Source: Methanomicrobiaceae archaeon (GTDB lineage: Archaea; Halobacteriota; Methanomicrobia; Methanomicrobiales; Methanomicrobiaceae). From it: 64,000 nt of DNA. Position numbers and translations under genes: made by a program. The notes under the pieces were generated by a model. The model searched no databases and had not been told where the DNA came from. It saw only the letters and a list, made by a program, of their open reading frames with translations. The stretch is from the NCBI GenBank assembly GCA_016928355.1, contig JAFGKW010000045.1, positions 6,625 through 70,624 on the forward strand, given 5' to 3'. Shown piece by piece: positions 41,601 through 51,700 of the stretch (positions are counted from its first letter, which is position 1; every line of letters starts with the position of its first letter).

Positions 41601-41757
41601 CAGGAAAGTCGACAATAACGCTCAACCCTACACCTTCCTTGGAACAGCACGATATATCTCACATAAAGGAAGCCGGCCAATGAGTATTATCTGGGAACTC
41701 GATTATGAGATGCCCCCGAATCTTTTCGTTAAAGCAAATAAAACCGTAATAGGCTAA
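38623..41757 (+). CDS. PLD (HKD) nuclease-SF2 helicase-DUF3427 protein, SauUSI-like type IV restriction enzyme
   Basis: LHAKSY...IGSSNLS, ATGTGKT, DEFHH, GLTATPER, QQLGRGLR, C-terminal FHWQSQS; AT-rich. Confidence 0.85.
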   Translation: MDLIPGIYEQLINEYLQLKLSSAEPNLTSYKEKISNYDPQAVLSRYLYKLFENTLRNAEDKKIPLEKQIEICNNIISQIASDIDDDLINQCKITKDAELLLAILEREKSGLLKKETISRPETSIAHSSLFTGSPFEPGLIHEIKKEIKSSDRVDLLISFIKWSGIRLILEDLEEFVKKGRLRIITTSYTGATDIKAIESLSKLPNTTIKISYDTERTRLHAKSYIFHRNNGFSTAYIGSSNLSNPAVTSGLEWNLKVTEQDSRDILKKIDATFDTYWNDSEFIEYHEESNEKLRIALSKERKKENEIIPIFNIKPFHYQEEILDKLKAERELHENYKNLIVAATGTGKTVISAFDYKSIVLNSKGYPNLLFVAHREEILNQSIQTFRGILKDPNFGDLLVGGNEPSQINHLFTSIQSFNSKKLTEITEKDTYDMIIVDEFHHAAAPSYQDLLSYYEPQILIGLTATPERMDNLDILKYFNNKITAEIRLPEAINRKLLSPFHYFGVTDIVNLDSVEWTRGRYDPTQLSELYTGNKERVENIIQALKRYSTDIGEIIGLGFCVSIEHAKFMAESFNDAGIPSTFLYANSPRSERYSIQKDLVNKKYNFIFVIDLYNEGVDIPEINTILFLRPTESLTIFIQQLGRGLRLADGKECLTVLDFVGRHNTNYQFGKYLNSLLSENKRSLITQIEENSYSLPKGCHIHLEKVAQERVLENIKANITTRRTLIENIKTFEEKTGEKLSFKAFLNYYSLKPIDIYRKNTFYGLCCEAGIFPDNKDNNSIFTSKSGIRLSTIDSPKFIRFIKSFLDKPEKYSLETLSESEKNIISMFYYSLTEDPITQLNRDLKEIFSEIFESEIIKEEIYDLLDYNFDNIEFIPESIDLGFESPIELHCSYTRDQLFAGIGHYTMTEKPSKGSREGVLFLEDKQVDIFLITLNKTEELYSPTTMYMDYAISEKIFHWQSQSTTSETSPTGLRYINHDKNGSKILFFVREFRKVDNNAQPYTFLGTARYISHKGSRPMSIIWELDYEMPPNLFVKANKTVIG

Positions 41758-42266
41758 AAACTTAAAAATCAGGCCTTGTAGAAATCCTTTGAACAGACAT
41801 CCCCAAAACCGGGTTTTAAGAATCAGAGCTTACATTTTTTGATAATGAAACATGTTGCAAAAAAATATTCCAGAGAGGATTTCTTCAGGAGATATATTGT
41901 TTTCTGGTATTATGGAATTATACAGTAAAGACTAAATAGGGCGTTAAAGCGGCATAAAACGCCGGTATTCACATCTTCACAGAAGCCCTGTATTCCATGA
42001 TCTCCACCCTTCACGATATAAACATCGTCTGAAAAAAAGAGGGCTATAACGTGCCACCATATCGGTGCGATCCGGGCCCTAATCGCTATAAAACCTACTT
42101 ATTCCCGTTATTTATATCCGGCCCCCAAAACCCTGTGTAAAACGCAGAAATAAGCTCAAATTAAAGGTTTTCGGGGTGCACCCCTGTCAAAAAAAAGAGG
42201 TATAATCACCCGATGACCATATCAGGATTTTAGCAAAACATCTTTAATGAAAGATTTCTACAGAGG

Positions 42267-43181
42267 TCAAAAATTCATAACCAGAATCTCACTCACCTCT
42301 CCCCTCTTCCCTGCATCCGAATTTATCATCCGCTTTGCAGGGACCCTCTCGATCCGAAAATCGCCATAAAGATCGTCGAAGAAATCATCCTCCGGATCGA
42401 CGTTCTTCGGGTCGGAGTTGGAGAGCATGATCTTTGCACCCTTTTTATCGCATTTTTTGAAGAAGTCCGCAAGCCTCCTCTGGCTTTCGTCGTCGAAACC
42501 CCCGCTTGAGTAGGATGTAAAAGAAGATGTAGAGTTCAGTGGCCGGTAGGGAGGATCGAAGTAGACAAACGAATCCTCCCTTACATACCGGAGGGAATCG
42601 GCAAAATCCCCCGGGTGGATCTTCGTATTCGAAAGAACCCCGGAGTCAGTTCTTAAAAGGTCGGAATTCAGGATCTTCGGGTTCTTATACCGCCCGAACG
42701 GGACATTGAACCCGCCCTTCGAGTTCACCCGGAAGAGGCCGTTGTAGCAGGTTCTGTTCATGAATATCAGCTCTGCCGCCCTCGGAATCCATTCCTTCGA
42801 GTATCTCCAGAAGCTGATCGCCTCTCTGCCTTTGTTGAACCGGTCGCGGATATCATAATAATAATCGCTCCGGCCGGACTCATCCAGCGAAAGATACTCG
42901 CCGGCCATCGATGCAAGGCAGTCGATGAGGTCCTCCGGATCGTCCCTTAAAACAGTGTAGGCCAGGACAAGTTCAGGGTTGCTGTCGAAGATATGGCATT
43001 CCCTGAAGGAATGAAGACTGTTTAAATGAAAGAATACCGCCCCGCCACCGATGAAGGGCTCGATGAAAGATGTTATCCCGCCGTTTCCAATATCCACGGG
43101 CAGCCGGTTTGTGAGTTCTTCAAGAAGCTGGGTCTTTCCCCCGGCCCATTTCAGGAAGGGTTTTGCAATGGTCTTAGCCAT
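42267..43181 (-). CDS. dam: Dam-family N6-adenine DNA methyltransferase
   Basis: KWAGGK, EPFIGGGAV, NGLFRVN..G.FNVPFG, DPPY. Confidence 0.93.
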   Translation of the reverse strand: MAKTIAKPFLKWAGGKTQLLEELTNRLPVDIGNGGITSFIEPFIGGGAVFFHLNSLHSFRECHIFDSNPELVLAYTVLRDDPEDLIDCLASMAGEYLSLDESGRSDYYYDIRDRFNKGREAISFWRYSKEWIPRAAELIFMNRTCYNGLFRVNSKGGFNVPFGRYKNPKILNSDLLRTDSGVLSNTKIHPGDFADSLRYVREDSFVYFDPPYRPLNSTSSFTSYSSGGFDDESQRRLADFFKKCDKKGAKIMLSNSDPKNVDPEDDFFDDLYGDFRIERVPAKRMINSDAGKRGEVSEILVMNF

Positions 43182-43198
43182 ACTCGCCTTAAAAAGAT

Positions 43199-43480
43199 TT
43201 ATTTCGTCCCTGTAACTTTGATGATGTGGTACCCGAACTGCGTCTTAACCGGCCCGACGACGTCGCCGTCCTTTGCCTTAAATGAGGCGTCCTCGAACTC
43301 CTTAACCATCATTCCCTTGCCGAACCAGCCGAGATCGCCGCCTTTCTTTCCCGAGGGGCATGTGGAATGCTTCTTTGCGAGATCCTCGAAGTTCCCGCCG
43401 GAGTTTATCTTTTCAAGGATCTCCTTTGCTTCCTTCTCTGTTTTTACAAGTATATGCGAGGCCTTTACTTTCTGTGCCAT
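43199..43480 (-). CDS. ppiC: Parvulin-type peptidyl-prolyl isomerase
   Basis: ASHILV, SCPS-like 'STCPS...GGDLG', 'TQFGYHII'. Confidence 0.95.
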   Translation of the reverse strand: MAQKVKASHILVKTEKEAKEILEKINSGGNFEDLAKKHSTCPSGKKGGDLGWFGKGMMVKEFEDASFKAKDGDVVGPVKTQFGYHIIKVTGTK

Positions 43481-43522
43481 TCACAGATATTGGACCGGTT
43501 TCGCAATATCTGTTTTGATGCC

Positions 43523-43858
43523 TCAGCCCCTGATCATAACAAGCATCATCTTAAACCTTGTCACGGCCGATACGGCATGGGGCTCGTTTGCAGGAAAGAT
43601 TATCGTATCGCCGGCCTTCATCGGATAAGTCTCTCCCGACAGGCGGACGGAGCATTCACCCTCAAGGATCGTCACCATAGCATCGAAGGGTGCGGTGTGC
43701 TCCGATATCTCCTCGCCGTCATCGAAAGAGAAAACCGTAACGCTCCCCGCACTGTTGCTTATAACCATCCGGCTCGCAACCGTTCCAATCTGGTATTCCA
43801 CAAGATCCCCAAGAACCATAACTTTTCCCTTAAGCTCATCACGGCTGTTGTTCACCAT
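43523..43858 (-). CDS. Cupin domain protein
   Basis: 'SEHTAPFDA...LEG', 'PANEPHAV'; start set at ATG 43858. Confidence 0.85.
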   Translation of the reverse strand: MVNNSRDELKGKVMVLGDLVEYQIGTVASRMVISNSAGSVTVFSFDDGEEISEHTAPFDAMVTILEGECSVRLSGETYPMKAGDTIIFPANEPHAVSAVTRFKMMLVMIRG

Positions 43859-44004
43859 AAAATCAGACTCCGTAAAAGAAAGATGAACCTCCACGGATTA
43901 ATAACCTGCGGCACACCGGAAACCCTAAATATTGACGAAGAGACTTTTTGCTATTATTAATCCCGGCGGGACGCTTCTTTTTTACGCCCCGGGGGGTGAT
44001 CGGA

Positions 44005-45027
44005 ATGACCAAAAAAAACAGACTTATAGGAATAGTCCGTCACAGGAGTTTTACAAAACTGCTTGACTTCTCCGGCGATGAGATCATGGTGCTCATAGAT
44101 CTCGCAATCAAACTTAAAGCGGCGAGAGCAGACGGAAACGAGACAAAACACCTGAAAGGTAAGCAGATCGCACTAATATTTGAGAAGGCGTCTACAAGGA
44201 CGAGGTGCTCATTCGAGGTTGCAGCCAGAGAACAGGGCGCCGGGGTCACCTACCTCGGGCCGGACGGCTCGCAGATAGGATACAAGGAATCGATAAAAGA
44301 CACCGGCAGGGTGCTCGGGAGACTCTACGACGCGATAGAGTACCGCGGGTTCTCACAGGAGAACGTCGAGACACTCGCAAAATACTCGGGCGTTCCGGTG
44401 TACAACGGCCTGACAGACGAGTTCCACCCGACCCAGGTGCTCGCGGATGTGATGACAATGATCGAACTTTCGGGAAAGAGTCCGGAGGATATATCGTTCT
44501 GCTTCATCGGCGACTGCAGGAACAATGTCGCACATTCACTGATGACCGGCGGGGCGATCTTAGGCATGGATGTCCGCATCTGCGGACCGGAGAGCCTGAT
44601 GCCCGATGAGGAACTTACGGCAACATGCCGGAGGATATCTGAAAAAACCGGGTCTAAACTCCTTCTCACACAGGATAAGAAAGAATCCGTAGAGGATGTG
44701 GACTTCATATACACCGATGTCTGGGTCTCGATGGGAGAGCCGTGGGAGAAGTGGCAGGATAGGATCGACCTTCTCCTGCCATACAGGGCAGATATGGAGC
44801 TCCTTGAGATTTCAGGGAACCCGGAGATAAAATTCATGCACTGCCTGCCATCGTTTCACAACAGGGAGACCGAACTCGGCGAGAAGATATACGAAAAGTT
44901 CGGGCTGGAGAGCCTCGAGGTTACGGATGAGGTCTTCGAATCGCGGCATTCGGTCGTCTTCGACCAGGCAGAGAACAGGATGCACACGATAAAGGCGATA
45001 ATGGTCGCCACGCTTTGGGAAGAATAG
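44005..45027 (+). CDS. arcB: Ornithine carbamoyltransferase (catabolic context)
   Basis: STRTR, HPTQ, DVWVSMG, HCLP, ENRMH. Confidence 0.95.
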   Translation: MTKKNRLIGIVRHRSFTKLLDFSGDEIMVLIDLAIKLKAARADGNETKHLKGKQIALIFEKASTRTRCSFEVAAREQGAGVTYLGPDGSQIGYKESIKDTGRVLGRLYDAIEYRGFSQENVETLAKYSGVPVYNGLTDEFHPTQVLADVMTMIELSGKSPEDISFCFIGDCRNNVAHSLMTGGAILGMDVRICGPESLMPDEELTATCRRISEKTGSKLLLTQDKKESVEDVDFIYTDVWVSMGEPWEKWQDRIDLLLPYRADMELLEISGNPEIKFMHCLPSFHNRETELGEKIYEKFGLESLEVTDEVFESRHSVVFDQAENRMHTIKAIMVATLWEE

Positions 45028-45028
45028 G

Positions 45029-45940
45029 ATGAGAATCGTCGCAGCACTCGGTGGAAATGCACTCTTAAAGAGAGGAGAACCACTGGATGCCGGAGTCCAG
45101 AGGGAGAATATAAGAAAGGCCGCAGTGGCGCTTGCCCCGCTTGCAGAAGGATACGAACTAGTACTCTCCCATGGAAACGGACCCCAGGTCGGCCTCCTTG
45201 CACTCCAGGCGGCATCCTGCACCGGCAGCGAGCCCTACCCTCTTGACATCCTTGGTGCAGAGACCGAAGGCATGATCGGTTACATGATCGAGCAGGAGTT
45301 AAGAAACCTCCTACCACCAGAGATCCCTGTGGCGACAATACTCACGATGGTGGAAGTTGATGCCTCTGACCCGGCGTTTAAGAACCCTGAGAAGTATGTC
45401 GGCCCGGTATATACAAAGAAACAGGCGGATAAAACGGCTCAAAAAAGAGGCTGGTCCTTCAGGCAGGACGGTGATGCCTGGCGGCGTGTTGTCCCTTCAC
45501 CCGAACCGGTCCGTATATTCGAAATAAAGCCGCTCAGATGGCTCATAGAGAAAGGTGCGATCGTCATCTGCACAGGAGGAGGCGGGATACCTGTCGCAGC
45601 CTCAGGGGAAGGCAGATATTCAGGGATTGAGGCGGTAATCGACAAGGACCTTGCAAGCGGACTGCTCGCAGCAGATCTCTCTGCAGACTTCTTCATCATG
45701 GCGACCGATGTGAAAGGAGTTTATCTCAATTGGAGAGAAAGCAATGAAGAACTCATCAGGGAGACCACCCCGGAATTCCTGAGAGAACACAGGTTTCCTC
45801 CCGGTTCAATGGGGCCGAAGGTTGAGGCCGCATGCAGGTTTGTAGAATCGACGGGAAAGACAGCTGCAATAGGATCACTCGAAGAGATAAATGATATTGC
45901 AGCCGGAAAGGCAGGGACGATCGTCCGCAGGGAGGGATGA
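45029..45940 (+). CDS. arcC: Carbamate kinase
   Basis: [33 protein letters not shown]. Confidence 0.96.
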   Translation: MRIVAALGGNALLKRGEPLDAGVQRENIRKAAVALAPLAEGYELVLSHGNGPQVGLLALQAASCTGSEPYPLDILGAETEGMIGYMIEQELRNLLPPEIPVATILTMVEVDASDPAFKNPEKYVGPVYTKKQADKTAQKRGWSFRQDGDAWRRVVPSPEPVRIFEIKPLRWLIEKGAIVICTGGGGIPVAASGEGRYSGIEAVIDKDLASGLLAADLSADFFIMATDVKGVYLNWRESNEELIRETTPEFLREHRFPPGSMGPKVEAACRFVESTGKTAAIGSLEEINDIAAGKAGTIVRREG

Positions 45941-45943
45941 AAG

Positions 45944-47200
45944 ATGAAAACAGGCGTATTCTCGGAGACCGGAATGCTTAGAAAGGTGATTGTGCACAGG
46001 CCGGATATGGCATTGCGCAGGCTTACACCTGCAAACCATGACAATTTCCTCTTCGATGACGTTCTATGGGTGGACAGGGCGATAGAAGAGCACGATGCGT
46101 TCATAAGAGTGCTCGAAGAGAACGGTGTTGAAGTTCTCCGCCTCAACAGGCTTCTCGAAGAGACACTCACATCAGGCGAAGCGAGAGATTACATCCTTGA
46201 CAGCTTATTCCCCGGAGACTCCCCGGGAATCTCCATATCCGGAAGGCTGAAAGATGCACTTTGGGATGAGGAGGCTGAGATCCTTGCTGGATATCTCTCC
46301 GGGGGGCTTTTAGTTGATGAGATCGTGATCCCCGGCATGAGTGAATTAAAGAGCAGATCGCTTCTTGCTGCAGCTGCACGACCGGACTCGTTCATTATAC
46401 CTCCACTGCCAAACAGCATCTACACCAGGGATCCTTCAAGCTGGATCTATTGCGGCGTTTCACTCAACCCTATGTTCTGGAATGTCAGGCGCAGAGAATT
46501 ACTGAATATCTCTGCTATATACAGGTATCATCCACTCTTCACGGACTCTGAATTCGACTGCTGGCACCCCGCCGGAGGCGACTTTGCAGGCGTACCGCCG
46601 CCCGGTTTTCCGGAAGCATCGATGGAAGGCGGAGATATTCTGGTTCCGGGGAGAAAAACTGTTCTTGCAGGCCTCAGCGAAAGGACAACAGCAGGAATGA
46701 TTGAGAACCTGGCAGCAGCACTGTTTGAAAAACAGGCCGCAGAAAGGATAATCGTCTGCAGGATGAACAGGGACCGGGCTCACATGCATCTTGATACCAT
46801 ATTTACATTATTAAGCAATGACTCAGCTACAATATACCCGGATATTCTCGAAAAAACAGATGTCTGTTCGATTACCCCCGGAGAGGATGACAGCATGTTT
46901 TCAGTCCAGAAGGAGAAGGGCCTTGTGCCTGCAGTAGAAGATGCCCTTGATATCGACAGGCTCAACATCATTCCGACAGGAGGCGATCGCTATGAGGCCG
47001 AGAGGGAGCAGTGGGACGACGGAAACAATGTTCTTGCGATAAGACCAGGAGTGGTTGTGGCCTACATGAGGAACACATATACAAACAGAAATATGGAAAA
47101 AGAGGGAATTGACGTTATCGGGATTGAGGGTTTTGAGCTGAGCAGGGGAAGAGGAGGCACACATTGCATGACATGCCCGGTTTTAAGAGACGGAATCTGA
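45944..47200 (+). CDS. arcA: Arginine deiminase
   Basis: [31 protein letters not shown]. Confidence 0.96.
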   Translation: MKTGVFSETGMLRKVIVHRPDMALRRLTPANHDNFLFDDVLWVDRAIEEHDAFIRVLEENGVEVLRLNRLLEETLTSGEARDYILDSLFPGDSPGISISGRLKDALWDEEAEILAGYLSGGLLVDEIVIPGMSELKSRSLLAAAARPDSFIIPPLPNSIYTRDPSSWIYCGVSLNPMFWNVRRRELLNISAIYRYHPLFTDSEFDCWHPAGGDFAGVPPPGFPEASMEGGDILVPGRKTVLAGLSERTTAGMIENLAAALFEKQAAERIIVCRMNRDRAHMHLDTIFTLLSNDSATIYPDILEKTDVCSITPGEDDSMFSVQKEKGLVPAVEDALDIDRLNIIPTGGDRYEAEREQWDDGNNVLAIRPGVVVAYMRNTYTNRNMEKEGIDVIGIEGFELSRGRGGTHCMTCPVLRDGI

Positions 47201-48244
47201 TTAACTCTCCCATATATCCTTTATTTCATGTCCGGCAGCCCTTATACGCAGCCATTCCTCGTCCATGCGGGCAAACCTCAGCACCATCTCATCAGATGTA
47301 TCGGCAATCTCGCTGAGAACCGGATCATCATGACCCTTAAGGGCATTTTTCAGTTCATTTGATAATTTGATAACGCTCTCTGCGGTTTCATGGTAAAGAT
47401 CGCCCGACTCCCTCAGCATCTTTTCATATGTGACATCTTCGATTACTGCCATAACATTCATGATACCCGAACTTCCCTTAAGCGGAATTTTCGTAATTTT
47501 AAGGCTGTGCTCTGCATCTCCGCTCATTACATTATGATAGGTGGTGCTGACCCTGCCGTCGATAAAAACTCCCCTATAGTCATTGGATGCCCCCAAAAGA
47601 GGGAATATTCCGGCCTTTTCAGCAGATGCCCTGAAGATTGACTCGGGTATATTGAGAAAACTGCACAATTCTGTAAATTTATTGTTGTAAAGAACGATCT
47701 TCAGGTCTCTGTTCATGACAAAGACCGGATTTGTAAGGGATTCAAATACAAGGCCCTTCAGGGCGTTGCTGTCTGTTGCAGTAGCAGCGGATCTTACCGG
47801 AGGAGGGGAGAACGGCGGGGCTTCGACATGCCTGGGCGCCGTTTCTTCAGTCTGTGACCTCTTCTTAAGAACACGATGTTTGTGAATTGCCATCTCAATA
47901 TTGGAGTAAAGCTCCCTTTCCCTGAACGGTTTTATTAAAAACCCGTATGGCTGGGTTTTGAGAGCCCTCATCAGGGTCTGTTCATCAGAATGTGCGGTAA
48001 GGAAAACAACGGGTATGTCCAGGGTTTCGGCTATCCTCTCTGCCGCCTCGATTCCGTCGATATCTCCCCTTATCCGAATATCCATCAGTATAAGATCCGG
48101 CTCTTTCTCGATGGCCAGCCTGACTGCATCACCCCCGTTATCCGCAGTTCCCACAACCTCATAACCGAGAGCCTCAAGAGTATCCTCAAGTGTCATGGCA
48201 ACCATGACCTCATCCTCAACAACAAGTATCTTCTTCCCGCTCAT
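47201..48244 (-). CDS. Response regulator, REC-PAS with non-kinase helical tail
   Basis: ILVVEDE, LMDI, FLTAH, KPF; PAS-like 'NPVFVMN...YNN'. Confidence 0.88.
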   Translation of the reverse strand: MSGKKILVVEDEVMVAMTLEDTLEALGYEVVGTADNGGDAVRLAIEKEPDLILMDIRIRGDIDGIEAAERIAETLDIPVVFLTAHSDEQTLMRALKTQPYGFLIKPFRERELYSNIEMAIHKHRVLKKRSQTEETAPRHVEAPPFSPPPVRSAATATDSNALKGLVFESLTNPVFVMNRDLKIVLYNNKFTELCSFLNIPESIFRASAEKAGIFPLLGASNDYRGVFIDGRVSTTYHNVMSGDAEHSLKITKIPLKGSSGIMNVMAVIEDVTYEKMLRESGDLYHETAESVIKLSNELKNALKGHDDPVLSEIADTSDEMVLRFARMDEEWLRIRAAGHEIKDIWES

Positions 48245-48359
48245 TTCAAAATCGCTCCTTATGTTACCTTATTATACAGAATCTTAATAAATCTGATGAA
48301 TCATTTCCGGGGTCTCTCATATATCATACATCCCTGGAGTATAGCCGGAAAATCGAATT

Positions 48360-48761
48360 TTAATCGGATTCCCTGGCATTCTTCATAATTTTCTGTCGGA
48401 TTATGGCAGTCTCAATATTGGCATAGAGCTCCTTTTCCCTGAAAGGCTTTATCAGGAAACTGTATGGTTTCGTCTTAAGTACCCTTGAAAGTGTCTCCTC
48501 ATCCGAATGTGCAGTGAGAAAGATAACAGGTATATCCATCTTCTCATTTATCCTTTCAACAGTCTCTATACCATCAATATCTCCGTTCAGCCTGATATCC
48601 ATCAGTATTATATCAGGGTTTTCCTTCTCGGCAAGCTCTATTGCAGAGTAGCCGTTGTCAACGGTCCCGACAACTTCATACCCCATATTCACAAGAGAGT
48701 CCTCAATAGTCATCGCCACGATGACCTCATCCTCAACAATCAGAATTCTTATTTTATCCAT
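48360..48761 (-). CDS. Stand-alone receiver-domain response regulator
   Basis: ILIVEDE, LMDI, KPF. Confidence 0.93.
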   Translation of the reverse strand: MDKIRILIVEDEVIVAMTIEDSLVNMGYEVVGTVDNGYSAIELAEKENPDIILMDIRLNGDIDGIETVERINEKMDIPVIFLTAHSDEETLSRVLKTKPYSFLIKPFREKELYANIETAIIRQKIMKNARESD

Positions 48762-48773
48762 GACAATCTCCTC

Positions 48774-51700
48774 TTAATCCGGATGTATGGGGAACATAAA
48801 TATAAAACTTGTCCCTTCTCCGGTTCTGATTTCGATAGTTCCCCTGAGCTGTTCCAGCGCCAGCCTTCGAATCAGCCTCATACCAAGAGACTTCGATTTC
48901 TCAAGATCAAAGTCTTCAGGCACTCCTACTCCGTCATCAGAGATCTCAAGACGATAATGATCCCCTTCAATGCGGAATATAAGTGACAATTCGCCGGAAT
49001 CCCTCCCTGCAAATGCATATTTAATTGAATTCGATATAACCTCATTGATAATTAGACTGCAGGGGATTGCCACATTTATCGGCAGATTAACGCGTTTCAC
49101 ATCTGTTTTGAGGCTGATATCCTTGAATTCCGAAAATGCAAGAGAGTCAACAAGGATCTGTGCAAGATTGATGAAATGCTCCCCTGCACTTATCTCCGAA
49201 AGGTTGTCCGACCTGTAAAGAGCTTCGTGAACCATTGCAAGTGCCATAATCCGGTTTTCACACCTCAAAAGTGAATCCCTGGCAGAAACGTCCGCGATGG
49301 ATCTTGACTGCATCTTAATCAGGCCTGATATTATCTGCAGATTGTTCTTTACCCTGTGGTGGACCTCCTGCAGAAGAACTGTCTTCTCCTCCAGGGACTT
49401 CAGGATCTCCTCCTCATAGTTTTTTCTTTCTTTCTGGAGTATTATATCGTGAATTGCAAATGAGATATCGCTTGCAAGCTCATTAAAGAGGGCCAGTTCA
49501 TCTTTGTCATCAGAAAGGCCAACAGGTATCGAGATGATGATGACGCCGAAGATGTCATCGCCGTATTGAAGACGCCGGCATAAAAGCTCTCCCTTAATCT
49601 CTCTGGCATCACCTGAAATCTCAGGACCATTCAGTTCAGAAAGTGAGATTATCTCACTTGTTCGCAGGGCGTTGATAAGAACCTGGGGGGGATTTCCGGA
49701 TTTGGTATTGCGGATAATCTCCCCGATATCCTCCCTGTCTCCCGAACCGGAAGAATCCAGGTATGAGCCGTAACTGTCTGTCAGGATTACCCATGCATCA
49801 AGATAGCCCCTGGTCTCGACCAGCATCTCTGAAGCCCCTTTTATCAGCTTTTCAATATCAGTCTCCCTTACAATCAGCTCATTGACATTCCTGACCGCTT
49901 TTAAGACCTTGTTTAAATGCCTGATCTTCTCATCCGAATTCTTCCTTTCTGTAATATCAAGGTGGGTACCTGTTATCCTGACCGCCTTTCCCGAAGAGTC
50001 ACGCTCGACAACCTCTCCCTTAACAGATATCCAGCGCCACTCCCCGCTTTTGGCCTTCATGCGGTACTCGGCCTCGTAACCGGGCGTCCTACCATCAAGA
50101 TGATCATTAAGCCTCCTTTCCTTCTCTTCCCGGTCATCCGGATGAAGAATGTGGCCAAAGGACATCCGGCCCTCTTCGTAATCCTCAGGAGTATAACCCA
50201 GCATGGTGAACAGGGCATCGTTGTAGGAGAGTTTGTCGTCCCTTATATTCCAGTCGAAAATACCCAGTTTTGTACTTTTCAGTGCAAGATCAAGCCTTTC
50301 AGTGCTCTCGTATAGCTTTCTCTCGGCCTCTTTCCTTGAGGTTATATCAACTGCCATACCGATAAATGAAAGACCCCCCCTGTGGAACATATAACTACCG
50401 TAAACTTCGACATCAATTAGGCTTCCATCCTTTCTAACCCCTATAACCTCAAAATGGAAATCAGGAAGTTTTTCATCAATTTTATCAACAAATAATGATT
50501 CTATTCTTTTTGTTTCATCATAGATCATATGCCTGAAATCCGGATGTACAAGATCAATGATGTTTACCTTTCCGATAAGCTCCTCACGGCTGTACCCTAT
50601 CATCTCGGCAAATTTCGGGTTGACATAACTTAGAATATGATCCTGGATCAGAAAAACACCTACAAGGGATCTCTCAATTGGATTTCTGAATATCTCATCG
50701 GTCTCGGTTCTTTTTATTGCAGATGATATAATGTCGCCTGCGATCATTATCGCCTCCGTCTCAGTTGCCGACCATATTCTCTTCCTGCCCTCGACAAGGC
50801 ACATAAAGCCCCGGAAAGAGCCGTCAACCACAAGGGGAACGGCAAGAATGGTCTCAATTTTCAGTCTTTCAAAAATCCGGCGGTCATCTTCTGAAAGGGA
50901 GAGGAGATCCATAAATATGATATTCTCTCCTTCCCGTGAGTAATGGCTTTTCCCAGGCCACTCATCAAAAAGGCTGAGCTTTGAGAATGATTCCATTTCA
51001 GGAATGAACCTGTATTTCTCGTTTACCCATTTATATATTTTATCAGGAGTGAAAGAGCCTTCAAGTACTCTTTTTGTTTCAAAAAGGGATACTGAAGCCA
51101 CACCTGAGGCTTTCCCAAGTCTCTCAAGGCTCTCATAAATGTTATCCTCCCATTTATCAGCCCGGAGGAAATTCTCGGCAATAATACTGACTGCATCAAG
51201 AATGGCATCCCTTGATCTAATCTCATCTTCGTGTTTCTTCCTGACTGTAACATCGCGATCAATTACAAAAACAGCCTCTGATTCTTTCCATTTGCCCATT
51301 ACAGCCTTCATTTCCACAGGGATCAGGTCCCCGCCGGACTTAACAAGATCAAAAGACAATGAATCCTTCCTGCCCGAAATGAGACCTTCAATCTCATTAC
51401 TGAAAGAATCATAACTCTGGTGCCCGTGGATCCCTGAAATATTCATCATTTCCAGCTCCCGGGGGGTATATCCGAGTTTTCTGGATACAATGGAGTTGGT
51501 ATGGAGAATTTTTCCTTCCATATCAGATACGAAAATGAAATCATCAAGAGATTCAAAGAGGGACTCAAGGTTCGTTTTGATGCTCAGGATCTCGTTCTCT
51601 GCACGTATCCTCTTTAGAGCACTGCCGAAGATGTGTGCAATGGACTCAAACGAATTCTTTGAAGACTCTGAAAATTTCTTTCCTTTTTCAGAAACCGCAA

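Noticed and set aside
43026-43960. 200-aa and 197-aa plus-strand ORFs
   Set aside because: Antisense to dam, ppiC and the cupin gene, which have clear motifs
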